Part shown: piece after piece, positions 19,265 through 29,073 of the stretch | How positions within the stretch are numbered: the first letter of the stretch is position 1 | Layout: each line of letters begins with the position of its first letter | Origin: Bacteroidota bacterium | Lineage (GTDB): Bacteria > Bacteroidota > Bacteroidia > NS11-12g > UBA9320 | Assembly: GCA_016124755.1 (NCBI GenBank) | Contig: WGNA01000011.1 | Location: 246,688-310,687, forward strand | DNA length: 64,000 bases | Direction of reading: 5' to 3' | Position numbers and translations under genes: made by a program | Notes under the pieces: model-generated | What the model saw: the letters and a program-made list of their open reading frames with translations, nothing else | Databases searched by the model: none | Told to the model about the DNA's origin: nothing

Positions 19265-19439
19265 GAGAAGAATGAATATGAGCCTGCTGAAAATAATTTG
19301 TGATTGAACTAAATTAATTCTCAGGATATTCAGCTAATATGTCCCAATTGCAATTTATTTTATAAACCAAAGTTCATCAACACATACAATGTGAACATTA
19401 CGTTTATTTATTTAACTATGTTTCTTTAATTGTTGAAAT

Positions 19440-20198
19440 ATGAATTCAATTTTTAACACCTGTATGTTGATGGCGATTTGTTTTAATCTGCAGTCAAATC
19501 CGCATGAAATCATGGAGTGTACATTTGGTAATCAGACCTTGTGTGATACACCAACATCAACCTACGATACCATATATAGTTATAAGAGGAACAAGCAAAA
19601 ATTAAAAAATTTATGTACAGTGAAGTATTTCTGTGACAGCATTCTTATTAAAGAAACAGCATACAAACATGGTAAACTGATCAAAAGTCGGGAGTATGAA
19701 AATGGATTGCTTCAAACTGTAAAAGCATATAATCCCCGCAATGGTTATTTGATTTACGATTCATTTTTCAGTGAATCCAATATTTCCTGCGGATTATATG
19801 ATAAGTTTGGGGATATTAAGATTAGGAAACATCATTATTCTTGGTTTGATTTAAAATGCAATGTGAATTTTTTTTCACCGGATTTTCAGGGAAATCAAAG
19901 TATTAGTTCAATATGGATTGAAGCTGATAGTGCTACAAATTGGAATTTCGATGTTCAGTATATACGATATTTTGGTTTATATAGAATAGGTTTTCACCCC
20001 CCCCCAAGTGACGGGAAACACCAAAATAAAGACGTAGCAGACGTAGCCTTTTTTGAATATAATCAGGACCACACCTTTCGCGGCTGGGTTGTATATAATC
20101 CTGAATATTTCAACGGCAATACAAAGGATCAGATTTATCTTGAATTGAATCAAGCCTTGACTCATTTAATGCTATATTTTGAGATTCCAGACATGTAA
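19440..20198 (+). CDS. Hypothetical protein containing a C9 homopolymer (GFHPPPSD).
   Basis: ORF with a Cys/aromatic-rich sequence. Poly-C run at 19997-20005. Confidence 0.4.
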   Translation: MNSIFNTCMLMAICFNLQSNPHEIMECTFGNQTLCDTPTSTYDTIYSYKRNKQKLKNLCTVKYFCDSILIKETAYKHGKLIKSREYENGLLQTVKAYNPRNGYLIYDSFFSESNISCGLYDKFGDIKIRKHHYSWFDLKCNVNFFSPDFQGNQSISSIWIEADSATNWNFDVQYIRYFGLYRIGFHPPPSDGKHQNKDVADVAFFEYNQDHTFRGWVVYNPEYFNGNTKDQIYLELNQALTHLMLYFEIPDM

Positions 20199-20328
20199 AT
20201 TGGAGTATATCCGGTTTCTAATACTTTTAATGGCTCAAATGAAATCCATTGTTTTGTTAAACTATTTGAAGGTATTTATTTCTACCGGAAAAGATATTTG
20301 TGCATAAAAAAGAGAATCCCAGTTTATG

Positions 20329-21567
20329 CTAATTCCCCGTTGATTCTGCTAAAATTTCTTCAATGTACTTTACAACTTTTTTTTCGGTATCACCTCCATA
20401 ACCGACATTCACTTTCCGAATGATTCCTTTACGGTCGATTAAATAAAGTGTAGGAAAACCATACACATGATAATCCTTTGCAACCGGTTTCCCTTCCAGT
20501 AAAATTTGATATCCGGCTCCGCGCTTCTGTAAAAAATCAGAAAGATTTTTTTCATCATTGTTATCGTATGGGTCAATACCAATAACCACCAAACCCTGAT
20601 CTTTATATTTCTCAGATAGAGCCTGAAGAGCGGGAACAGCCTGCATGCAAGGGGAACACCCTTTATAGAAAAATTCGAGAAGTACAACCTTTCCTTTTAA
20701 TTGATCGAGAGAAACGGAATCTTTCGGATTCATCATTTTCGGCAATTTCCAATATGGAGCAACGGAACTGTCTGCCAACAGGTCTGGTCTTTTGAAGTCG
20801 AAAGGGGAGAGAAATAGGTGATTTGATATGTCATCGATTGCATTTGCGATGGAATCGTTTGGTACATTAAACCGGTAATTTAACAACCTGTAATTTCTGA
20901 ATTCAGAAAAATAAAATCCGGATAATTGTTCGAAGTATTCATTATATTGAATCGGAATAAAGGATTTTTTTTGGATCCAAAATTCATTTGTAACATTAAA
21001 AGTGTCGTGGTTTGTGGAGTACATCGGACAGGAATATTTTATTCTGTAACATTTTACCCCGTTTATTTTTTCTATTCCAATCAATTTAAATCGGGCCTGT
21101 TTGTTTTCTAATTGTTTATCATGCGGTAAAATGTAAGCTGAGTCGTTTGTTACTAATTGAAACAACCGGAGCATGTACAAATCATTGAGAGATGTACAAT
21201 TTTTTTCCCGGTAATTTATTATTTCACCTATGCTGTCTGAAGGGGTATATGTAATTAATATTGAGTCGGAATATACAGCCGCTTTATTTTGATTAGTATC
21301 GATCTGATGGAAACGAAATGGTACGCTGTTGCTTTGTGTTTCTTTTATGAAATCGCAATGGAAACTGTTCTTTACTGTGTCAGACCTTAAGTTAGTGAAG
21401 TGTTGAAACTCCTCGTCATAAGTGCCATTTCTTATTTCCGTGCATTTATTCCAACTCTTTTGAAGAATGGTTTTCGGATTTGGCGCGCAGGAAGCCAAAA
21501 GGGTTACTGTTAGCGCGAAACTCAATGAAATTTTCATAAACTGGCGTTTATTATAGCTGCTGAACAA
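20329..21567 (-). CDS. TlpA-like thiol:disulfide oxidoreductase lipoprotein carrying a ~270-aa N-terminal domain I could not assign to any family.
   Basis: Lipoprotein signal LLASCAP. The C-terminal thioredoxin fold reads FFYKGCSPCMQAVPAL...GFPTLYLID. Tandem paralog of 21609..22865. Confidence 0.65.
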   Translation of the reverse strand: MFSSYNKRQFMKISLSFALTVTLLASCAPNPKTILQKSWNKCTEIRNGTYDEEFQHFTNLRSDTVKNSFHCDFIKETQSNSVPFRFHQIDTNQNKAAVYSDSILITYTPSDSIGEIINYREKNCTSLNDLYMLRLFQLVTNDSAYILPHDKQLENKQARFKLIGIEKINGVKCYRIKYSCPMYSTNHDTFNVTNEFWIQKKSFIPIQYNEYFEQLSGFYFSEFRNYRLLNYRFNVPNDSIANAIDDISNHLFLSPFDFKRPDLLADSSVAPYWKLPKMMNPKDSVSLDQLKGKVVLLEFFYKGCSPCMQAVPALQALSEKYKDQGLVVIGIDPYDNNDEKNLSDFLQKRGAGYQILLEGKPVAKDYHVYGFPTLYLIDRKGIIRKVNVGYGGDTEKKVVKYIEEILAESTGN

Positions 21568-21608
21568 AGAAATTTCCGTTACTGCCTTACATGAATATTA
21601 ATTTGAGG

Positions 21609-22865
21609 CTAATTCACCGGAGATTCCGCTAATATTTCTTCAATGTATTGTTCCAATAATTCGTCAGTCCCATCTCCGAAGCCAACATTCACCTGTCGGA
21701 TGATTCCTTCCCGGTCGATTACATACATCGTGGGATATCCGGAAACGTGATAATTATCTGAAGCTGATTTCCCATCCATCAATATCTGATAACTGGCTCC
21801 GCGTTTTTCAAGAAAATCAGAAAGATTATTGTTTTCATTATTGTCGAACGGATCAATACCAACTACTTCAACACCTTTTTCTTTATAGGCTTCGCTCAGT
21901 TTCTGCAATCCGGGTATCGCTTGCATACACGGGTAACAACCTTTGTAGAAAAAGTCAATCAGAACAATTTTGCCCTTTAATTCCATCAGAGAAAGTGAGT
22001 CGGTAGAATCGCGCAATGTCGGGAGTTTCCAGACAGGTGCTATCGTATCGACAGGCAATAATGTTGGAGGCACGTATGGTTTAAATTCTTCCAGTTTTAC
22101 GTATTCCGGAACCCGGTTTAAAGAAATAGAATCACCCAATCCGGGAATATCAAACTGCGAATTGCGTATGGTTTTAATATTTAATTGGGTCATGGTATCT
22201 TTTTCCATGGTGATTAAATACAACGATGAATATCTCACCGGAATCATCGACTTTTTATCAATCCAATAATCGTTGGTAATGCTCAGAATCTGCATCGCTT
22301 CCGAAGTGTCGGGTTTGGGAGTTTGAATGGTTTGAATCCGGAAACATTTATGATTATTCAGATTGGCCGCTTTTAGGGATTTAATGTTAAACCCTGTATG
22401 GTGATACATCGAATCATCGGGTAACGGTGAAGCGTTTGTTCGAAACACAACATCGTAGAAATTGTAGTTGTGTTTGTATGCATCAATTTTGTCCGACCAT
22501 TTTTCGTTCGACATAATGGTACCCGCACTGTCGGTGGTTTTATAATTTACGAATTCGCTGGAAGTGTACAGAATGTCGCCGCCGTATTTTCCATTAAAAG
22601 TGTAGCTGTAGTGAAACTTCGCCGGATATATCGTGTCGTTTTCAAGTTTTGAAAATATGCAGTCGTATTCCCGCTTTACTGTATCAGTTTGGGTCATATA
22701 TTTTGTAATGTGATCCATGTGATACCTGCCGTTTTCGATGCTCTGACATTTATCCTTAGATATTTTCAGAATTTTTTCCGGTCTGGAAGAGCAGCCGTAT
22801 ACAAGAAGAAATGCCAATGCAAGTTGAATTAATTTTTTCATTGTTATTAAGACTTTCTTAATCAA
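21609..22865 (-). CDS. TlpA-like thiol:disulfide oxidoreductase lipoprotein, paralog of 20329..21567.
   Basis: Signal LVYGCSS. FFYKGCYPCMQAIPGL...GYPTMYVID. The C-terminal domains of the two paralogs are about 65% identical by eye. Confidence 0.65.
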   Translation of the reverse strand: MIKKVLITMKKLIQLALAFLLVYGCSSRPEKILKISKDKCQSIENGRYHMDHITKYMTQTDTVKREYDCIFSKLENDTIYPAKFHYSYTFNGKYGGDILYTSSEFVNYKTTDSAGTIMSNEKWSDKIDAYKHNYNFYDVVFRTNASPLPDDSMYHHTGFNIKSLKAANLNNHKCFRIQTIQTPKPDTSEAMQILSITNDYWIDKKSMIPVRYSSLYLITMEKDTMTQLNIKTIRNSQFDIPGLGDSISLNRVPEYVKLEEFKPYVPPTLLPVDTIAPVWKLPTLRDSTDSLSLMELKGKIVLIDFFYKGCYPCMQAIPGLQKLSEAYKEKGVEVVGIDPFDNNENNNLSDFLEKRGASYQILMDGKSASDNYHVSGYPTMYVIDREGIIRQVNVGFGDGTDELLEQYIEEILAESPVN

Positions 22866-22988
22866 TTTTAATCATATTTCTGCACAATTCGTCACTGTCG
22901 ACGGTACTTTTTTGTTTGTTCCTGAGGTTTGAAATTGAAAGTTTTGGTTGTAAAAACAGGATAGCTTGACATTAAAAGTTAGTTCTAA

Positions 22989-23471
22989 ATGCATATTGTT
23001 TCCGCTATCTTCCCGCCAATGAAATGGTTAAATCTCGCCGGACTCACACTACAGTTTTTAGCGTTCTGGTTCGCTGCACCGGAATTGCTGGGAGAATCAA
23101 CCATGAAGAGATTGGAAAACGGACTGATTCGATTGGTGTCTTCGTTACCCGTTATTCTGATTGCCGGAGGTGCCATTGTATTTGGTGTTTTTATGGCAAT
23201 TGCTGGCGTGAGGTTCGGACTGGAAGCCGGCAGGGAAGGCGCGGAGAACCTTAATCTTATGTTTGTGATTCTGGGAGTTTCCGTTATTTCCACCTTGTAT
23301 TTCGCATTGTTTTCCGCCAAAACCACACGCTGGATGAAACGTAAATATGCAACTCCATTAATTAATAAACTCATCGCATCTGAGCAATTCCGAAAAACAG
23401 CATTACAGCTTGGAGCGGTTTTGTTTTCCGTGGGTTTTGTATTGCAGTTTGTGGTTATGCTATTGAGTTAA
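22989..23471 (+). CDS. Small 4-TM membrane protein.
   Basis: Four hydrophobic helices. It is the first gene of a tightly spaced three-gene unit. Confidence 0.4.
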   Translation: MHIVSAIFPPMKWLNLAGLTLQFLAFWFAAPELLGESTMKRLENGLIRLVSSLPVILIAGGAIVFGVFMAIAGVRFGLEAGREGAENLNLMFVILGVSVISTLYFALFSAKTTRWMKRKYATPLINKLIASEQFRKTALQLGAVLFSVGFVLQFVVMLLS

Positions 23472-23480
23472 TACAACGTT

Positions 23481-23993
23481 TTGGACCAATTGGAAATAAA
23501 TAAAACGCAAACCGAACTCTGGAAACGAATTCAGGACTTCGATCCGGATGATCCGGATTCGGAATTTTCCTTTTCCGATCGGCTTTGTCGGGAAAACGAC
23601 TGGAAATTAGAATTTGCCATTCGGGCGATTGATGAATATAAAAAATTCATGTTTCTTATTTGTTTGGGTGAAGGGCCATTAACTCCATCCGATGAAATTG
23701 ATCAGGTCTGGCACCTGCATTTGCTTTATACCGAATCGTACTGGAACGAGTGGTGCCGGAATACGTTGGGCAGAGAAATACATCACGGCCCAACAACCGG
23801 TGGAACGGAATCACGGGAGAACTACACGAATCTTTATAATAAAACACTCGATTTGTATGAAAATGTTTTTAAAACAAAACCGCCGTCAGACATCTGGCCG
23901 CCCGACGAAAAACGATTCAGGGATATACATTTTACCCGAGTAAATCGACACAAATACTGGTTAATTCCTAAATTATTCCGGCGAAAGCAATGA
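23481..23993 (+). CDS. Hypothetical protein, possibly DUF1399/GRDP-like.
   Basis: Motif EIDQVWHLHLLYTESYW. The ATGA overlap with the next gene indicates translational coupling. The family assignment comes from memory only. Confidence 0.35.
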   Translation: MDQLEINKTQTELWKRIQDFDPDDPDSEFSFSDRLCRENDWKLEFAIRAIDEYKKFMFLICLGEGPLTPSDEIDQVWHLHLLYTESYWNEWCRNTLGREIHHGPTTGGTESRENYTNLYNKTLDLYENVFKTKPPSDIWPPDEKRFRDIHFTRVNRHKYWLIPKLFRRKQ

Positions 23994-24811
23994 ACATGAA
24001 TATTTCGAAATCCGATTATTTGCTGGCAGATTATCTTCCTGCCGAAGTTCTCATTTTAATACAAGAAGATGATTTTAAACTCGGCGAATTGCTACGATAT
24101 ACCCTGCTCGATTTACATCTGAAAAAGGTTCTTCTGATTAAGCCGAAATACAAAACCAGCAGGGGAAAAACCAGAACCTATTTGTATGTGCATTCCGGTC
24201 CGGCAATTGAAAATTACAGCTATCTGCCGCACGAAGGTATTTTTATTAAACCCTTTCGCATCAACCGGATTAAAATACAGGTGAAGCAATTGGCAAAAAT
24301 TGTTCGGCGGGATTCGGGAGGTCCGTTGAGTTATGTAAAAAGAATGCTCTGGAAAAGTGAAAAATTATCCAATTGTTTTGTGCGCAATCCTTTGACCTGG
24401 TTTGTAGGAAAGGTTAAACTGAAACCCAATGGGAAATTAATTGCAGACCGGCTTTCTGCAGAATTGGATGAATTAAACAATATAATTCCGGAATTACTGG
24501 AAACAGATCCACAGTCTGCTGCCATGATTTTAAGATCAATTGGTTCAAACATGTATCTGCTTTCGAATGTGGATTGGAGCAAGGTTCAGGAACTCAAAGA
24601 ATATTTTAAGCCAGAAGAGTTTCAAGATTTTACGGCTGCTGCCGGTTGTGGTGGATGCGCTATTTTCACTGATGTGGGTTCAGATGTTTTTAGTCATGGT
24701 GATTTCGGCGGATTTGATGCCGGCGGGGATTTTGGTTGTGGTTCGTCTTGCAGTGGCTGCAGCGGCTGTGGAGGATGCGGTGGTTGTGGAGGATGTGGTG
24801 GTTGCAGTTAA
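23990..24811 (+). CDS. Soluble protein ending in a Gly/Cys-rich low-complexity tail: ...GCGSSCSGCSGCGGCGGCGGCGGCS.
   Basis: The ORF is translationally coupled to the upstream gene. The C-terminal (GCGG)n repeat is encoded by a ggatgtggtggttgtgg repeat at 24720-24808. Confidence 0.45.
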   Translation: MNMNISKSDYLLADYLPAEVLILIQEDDFKLGELLRYTLLDLHLKKVLLIKPKYKTSRGKTRTYLYVHSGPAIENYSYLPHEGIFIKPFRINRIKIQVKQLAKIVRRDSGGPLSYVKRMLWKSEKLSNCFVRNPLTWFVGKVKLKPNGKLIADRLSAELDELNNIIPELLETDPQSAAMILRSIGSNMYLLSNVDWSKVQELKEYFKPEEFQDFTAAAGCGGCAIFTDVGSDVFSHGDFGGFDAGGDFGCGSSCSGCSGCGGCGGCGGCGGCS

Positions 24812-24884
24812 AAGCATTTTAATAAGAGTCGGATTTTTATCCGTGCTTTTTCAGTAAACCTTATCTTGCACCCAAACAAAACGC

Positions 24885-26054
24885 ATGAAATATTTTAAAG
24901 GAGAATATCTTTTTGATGGCCGGGAATTTAAGAAAGATGCAGTCTTAGTGACAGAGGACGATGGTACTACCGTTTCGATATTAAACACAAATGATTGTGC
25001 GGATGAAAATATTCAATCGTATAATGGAATCATCTGTCCGGGCTTTATTAATACGCATTGCCATTTGGAGCTGAGTCACATGCGGGGAATGCTCAAAGAA
25101 AAAACCGGACTCATTGAATTTATAAAAGGGGTTCTATCGAAAAGAGAAGCATCGGCAGAAGTAATTTCTCAGGCGATTGAAGATTGCGATCGGGAAATGT
25201 ATGAAAACGGAATTGTGGCGGTTGGCGATATTTCAAATACGACCGATACATTTCCGCAAAAGGCTAAAAGTTTAATTCATTATCACACCTTTATTGAGGT
25301 ATTTGATCTGGATCCCGAAAAAGCCGGAACTATGATTCAACAAGGAAAACAGAATGCCGGTGAGCTTAACAAACTCAGACTTTCGCATTCCATTGTACCG
25401 CACGCTCCTTATACGGTTTCGCCTGAATTATTTGCATTAATTAATGAATTTAACGACGAGAGAAAATCGCTTTCATCGATGCATAATCAGGAGACTCCGC
25501 AAGAAAACGAATTTTTTATTTCCGGAACCGGTGCGTTTGCCGATTTCTATCGCGACTGGGGAATGGACATTTCTTTTTTTCAGCCAACCGGAGAAAAATC
25601 GCTGCCTTCGGTAATTCCGCACATGAGTAGTAAAGGCAAAACCCTTTTGGTGCACAACACCTTTTCTCAGATCGACGACATCGAAATGGCAACGGATCAT
25701 TTTGATGAAGTTTTTTTGTGTACGAATCCGAATGCGAATTTGTATATCGAAGACCGTTTGCCGAAATACGAGAACTTTCTGGAGACAGATGCGATCGTTA
25801 CATTGGGAACCGACAGCATTGCTTCCAACTGGCAACTTTCGATTTTAGAAGAAATAAAAACCATCGACAAATATTTTCCGGAGATTGGTTTGCAAACATT
25901 GCTAACGTGGGCTACGTCGAACGGCGCAAGGGCTTTGGAAATAGATGATTGGGCCGGAAGTTTCGAACCGGGAAAAAAGCCGGGAGTTCTGTTGATCGGA
26001 AATGTTGATGATCTTAAAACTAATAAATCCACATTCGTTAAACGTCTTTTATGA
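24885..26054 (+). CDS. Metal-dependent amidohydrolase of the deaminase/chlorohydrolase-like superfamily.
   Basis: HxH motif INTHCHLELSHM, later His and Asp ligands (LVHNT, GTDS), and a TIM-barrel-typical length. Confidence 0.7.
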   Translation: MKYFKGEYLFDGREFKKDAVLVTEDDGTTVSILNTNDCADENIQSYNGIICPGFINTHCHLELSHMRGMLKEKTGLIEFIKGVLSKREASAEVISQAIEDCDREMYENGIVAVGDISNTTDTFPQKAKSLIHYHTFIEVFDLDPEKAGTMIQQGKQNAGELNKLRLSHSIVPHAPYTVSPELFALINEFNDERKSLSSMHNQETPQENEFFISGTGAFADFYRDWGMDISFFQPTGEKSLPSVIPHMSSKGKTLLVHNTFSQIDDIEMATDHFDEVFLCTNPNANLYIEDRLPKYENFLETDAIVTLGTDSIASNWQLSILEEIKTIDKYFPEIGLQTLLTWATSNGARALEIDDWAGSFEPGKKPGVLLIGNVDDLKTNKSTFVKRLL

Positions 26055-27487
26055 TTAATTCGGAATACGGAATTCAGGTCAAAAAAATATTTACTATTCA
26101 TCTGATTTTCTGTCTGGCTTTGGTTGGGGTAAATTTATTATTAGAATACACAGGACTAATATTTACCGAGGTTGATGGGGAGCTGAGGATCAATAGATTC
26201 GTACAGCAAATAATAGCGTTTGTGACCTACGCTATACTTTGGATTTCCCTGTTGATTACCGGAGATAAGAAGGTGAAAATTGGGTCGATGGTGGCATTGG
26301 TGTTATCTCTACTCAGTGTGGCTTTTCGCTATTCGTTACCTATTCAGAAAATGATTCCGGAAGGTGCAAGAATGTTTATCGGCATTGCCATGTTTTTATC
26401 TGTTTTTGTGGTGTTCGGATTTTTAGTATTCGGCAAAAAAGGTTTGGGGATGATTGTTCCGGCATTTATTATTTACGGATTGGTTAATCTCACATTTTAT
26501 TTCAAACCCCTTTATCGATGGATATCGGATTCCATGAATATGGATGAAAGTTGGTTTTCTTTTTTAATTATAAAATTTTATCAAACTGAGAATTCCTGGC
26601 GCGAGGTGGATATTCTGGAAATCGTTTTTGATTCGGGATTGAGTTTGCTGATTCTTTTTGTATTTGTGTCGTTTTATCTGGCGCTGCGATCCGGAAATAG
26701 TGTGCTAAAGGAATATGTATGGCCGAGGGTTCCGTTTGTTCAAAATAGGTTTCGGTGGTCGGTTTGGTTTCTTATGAGCCGTATGCTTATCGGCACTATG
26801 ATGTTGGGTATTTTATTCCGGAAACTCATGCCGGATTCTTCGTATTCTTTTGAAATGGTTCAGCCGCATAAAACCTTTTTCGATTATTTTTTAATTGCAA
26901 CCATGTTTTTTGCGCTGATCTTTTATGCATTTTATTTTCGAAACGGAGTGACTTTATTCCACGTAAGAAATAGAAGAACTCCCGGTGTTTTGTACTTTTT
27001 TCTGTATCTGCCTTTTGTACATATTATCGCCTGGATTATTTCCCTTTTCTTAAAGAAGAAAGAACGCGGTGAGGCAGAATCAATAGAGTCTTGGCTTGAT
27101 TTGCAGCAACGGACGTATGAAACATCGAACCGCAATTTATGGTTTAAATTTCTGTTGGTTTTGGCCGGAATAATAAACGTTGTTCGCTTTATGTTCTCGG
27201 ATGAAAGCGGAACTAATTTCCTGATCGGACTTTCATTAATGATTATAAATTTCGTATTAATATTAGTCTATATTCAATACGAAAAAATCATGTGGTGGAT
27301 CGTGGGAAGTCAGGTTCTTATTTATTTTGTTGCGTTCGCCTTACCCGATTTTCAGGTTGCGTGGATTCCGTCTGTTGCGATTCTGAATTCAATAATTATG
27401 TACCCACTGCTGCATTTTGATAAAATGAAATTGGGTGATACAGAGGTGGAAGAATCTGAATCAGAAGTTGTGATGGAAGAAGGGTGA
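26051..27487 (+). CDS. Polytopic membrane protein with at least 10 TM helices. Function unknown.
   Basis: ATGA overlap with the amidohydrolase gene. Highly hydrophobic throughout. Confidence 0.5.
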   Translation: MINSEYGIQVKKIFTIHLIFCLALVGVNLLLEYTGLIFTEVDGELRINRFVQQIIAFVTYAILWISLLITGDKKVKIGSMVALVLSLLSVAFRYSLPIQKMIPEGARMFIGIAMFLSVFVVFGFLVFGKKGLGMIVPAFIIYGLVNLTFYFKPLYRWISDSMNMDESWFSFLIIKFYQTENSWREVDILEIVFDSGLSLLILFVFVSFYLALRSGNSVLKEYVWPRVPFVQNRFRWSVWFLMSRMLIGTMMLGILFRKLMPDSSYSFEMVQPHKTFFDYFLIATMFFALIFYAFYFRNGVTLFHVRNRRTPGVLYFFLYLPFVHIIAWIISLFLKKKERGEAESIESWLDLQQRTYETSNRNLWFKFLLVLAGIINVVRFMFSDESGTNFLIGLSLMIINFVLILVYIQYEKIMWWIVGSQVLIYFVAFALPDFQVAWIPSVAILNSIIMYPLLHFDKMKLGDTEVEESESEVVMEEG

Positions 27488-29073
27488 AGCACGTATCTGC
27501 TCAATTCTTACATTTGCCCGCTTTTGTCGTATTACCCATGAAGCCGCACAAATCATTTCGACCCTGTTGCCTTTTAATCGCAACCTTTTTATTACTAATG
27601 TCTAATTCCGGAAATGTGAAAGCACAAATGTTGCTCGACACCGGAAACATTTTTAATGATGTAACTTCTATAATTAATGCAATGCCCGGAATTGGCGGTG
27701 ATGATTTTCACATGCCGACCGAACGACAACAGGAAATCTGGGAAAACACATTAGAAACCTTTTTCGATGGTAATTTTAATGATGCTGCCGATTCTGCCGA
27801 TCTAATTGATTATACTCTTACACAGTATTACGATAATTCTGTGAGCCCGAATGCAACGTATTATTTATTCCAGAATACAGGTACAAATTACTGGGGAACG
27901 TATATCTGTAATTTCGATTATTGTCGGCCGTTGGTGGTTCAGGCGCCGCATCCCAAATTTGATTTTAACACCGGAAAACAGGCGCTACATGTATTTCGGG
28001 AAGTAGAGGCATTTTTTTATTGTATGGCCGGAACGCACCGCTGTAATCAGTCGATTTACAGCACGTGCGACGGAACAACAGATGTGTGCGGAGCTGATGA
28101 GGATTTTCGTATTTCGGATATGGCGCATAAAGACAGTACCTTGTTTCATCTGGCAACGAGATCGATATATAACCGGTATTCGGGAAGTTATTTTTTGCAA
28201 TTGCACGGTTTCACAAAAGGCGCTTCCGACCCGTATGTAATTCTCAGTAACGGAACCCGCGACACACCGACATTAGATTATATAGAAACACTGGTTGATG
28301 AATTATATATTGAAGATACGGTGCTCACTTTTAAAGTTGTGCATTGGGATCAGAATTGGGATAAACAGGCCGGCTTGGTTAATACGCAGGGAAGAATGAT
28401 CAACGGAAGTTCGGATCCGTGCGACCAGAATCCGTCATCTGCAAGTGGTCGTTTCATTCACATGGAGCAGGAGAAGACAAGATTGCGGGCCGATATCTCG
28501 GGCTGGACAATTGTGGCCAATGCGGTGGCAAGTACGTTTCCGTGTGACGCACTTCCGGTTCAATGGCTGGGAGTTGATATAAAAGGAGACGAACATCAGC
28601 GTGAATTAATTTGGCAAACTGCCTCCGAACACAATTCTGATTATTTCGAAATTCAATATTCTAATGATGGAAAAAATTGGATTAAATCAGATCGAATAAT
28701 GGCAGCGGGTAATTCCGAATCCGTCCGTGAATATGTTTTTACGGATTTGCGGTTTGCGAATTCGGTAGTTTATTACCGGATAAAACAAGTTGATTTTAAC
28801 GGAGAGTTCATCTGGTCGGGATATGTGATGTTTAATCCGGGAAATAAAATTATTTCTATTTATCCGAATCCGGCAAAGAATGAAATTCAGGTTTCGGGTA
28901 AAATATCGGGAAATGAAAAATGGGTAATCCGGAATATTTCGGGTCAGGAGGAAATGAGCGGGGAATTAAATTCCGGAAGTGTAATTAATATTTCTCAGAT
29001 TAAACCGGGATTTTATTGGTTGGAAGTGGTGGATGGGTACAGATCAACAGTTCAAAAGATAGTTATTAATTAA
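27484..29073 (+). CDS. Secreted protein with a T9SS type A C-terminal sorting domain. The likely start is ATG at 27538, which gives a signal peptide.
   Basis: The C-terminus IYPNPAKNEIQVSGK...GFYWLEVVDGYRSTVQKIVIN matches the Por secretion tail pattern. Confidence 0.65.
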   Translation: MKHVSAQFLHLPAFVVLPMKPHKSFRPCCLLIATFLLLMSNSGNVKAQMLLDTGNIFNDVTSIINAMPGIGGDDFHMPTERQQEIWENTLETFFDGNFNDAADSADLIDYTLTQYYDNSVSPNATYYLFQNTGTNYWGTYICNFDYCRPLVVQAPHPKFDFNTGKQALHVFREVEAFFYCMAGTHRCNQSIYSTCDGTTDVCGADEDFRISDMAHKDSTLFHLATRSIYNRYSGSYFLQLHGFTKGASDPYVILSNGTRDTPTLDYIETLVDELYIEDTVLTFKVVHWDQNWDKQAGLVNTQGRMINGSSDPCDQNPSSASGRFIHMEQEKTRLRADISGWTIVANAVASTFPCDALPVQWLGVDIKGDEHQRELIWQTASEHNSDYFEIQYSNDGKNWIKSDRIMAAGNSESVREYVFTDLRFANSVVYYRIKQVDFNGEFIWSGYVMFNPGNKIISIYPNPAKNEIQVSGKISGNEKWVIRNISGQEEMSGELNSGSVINISQIKPGFYWLEVVDGYRSTVQKIVIN

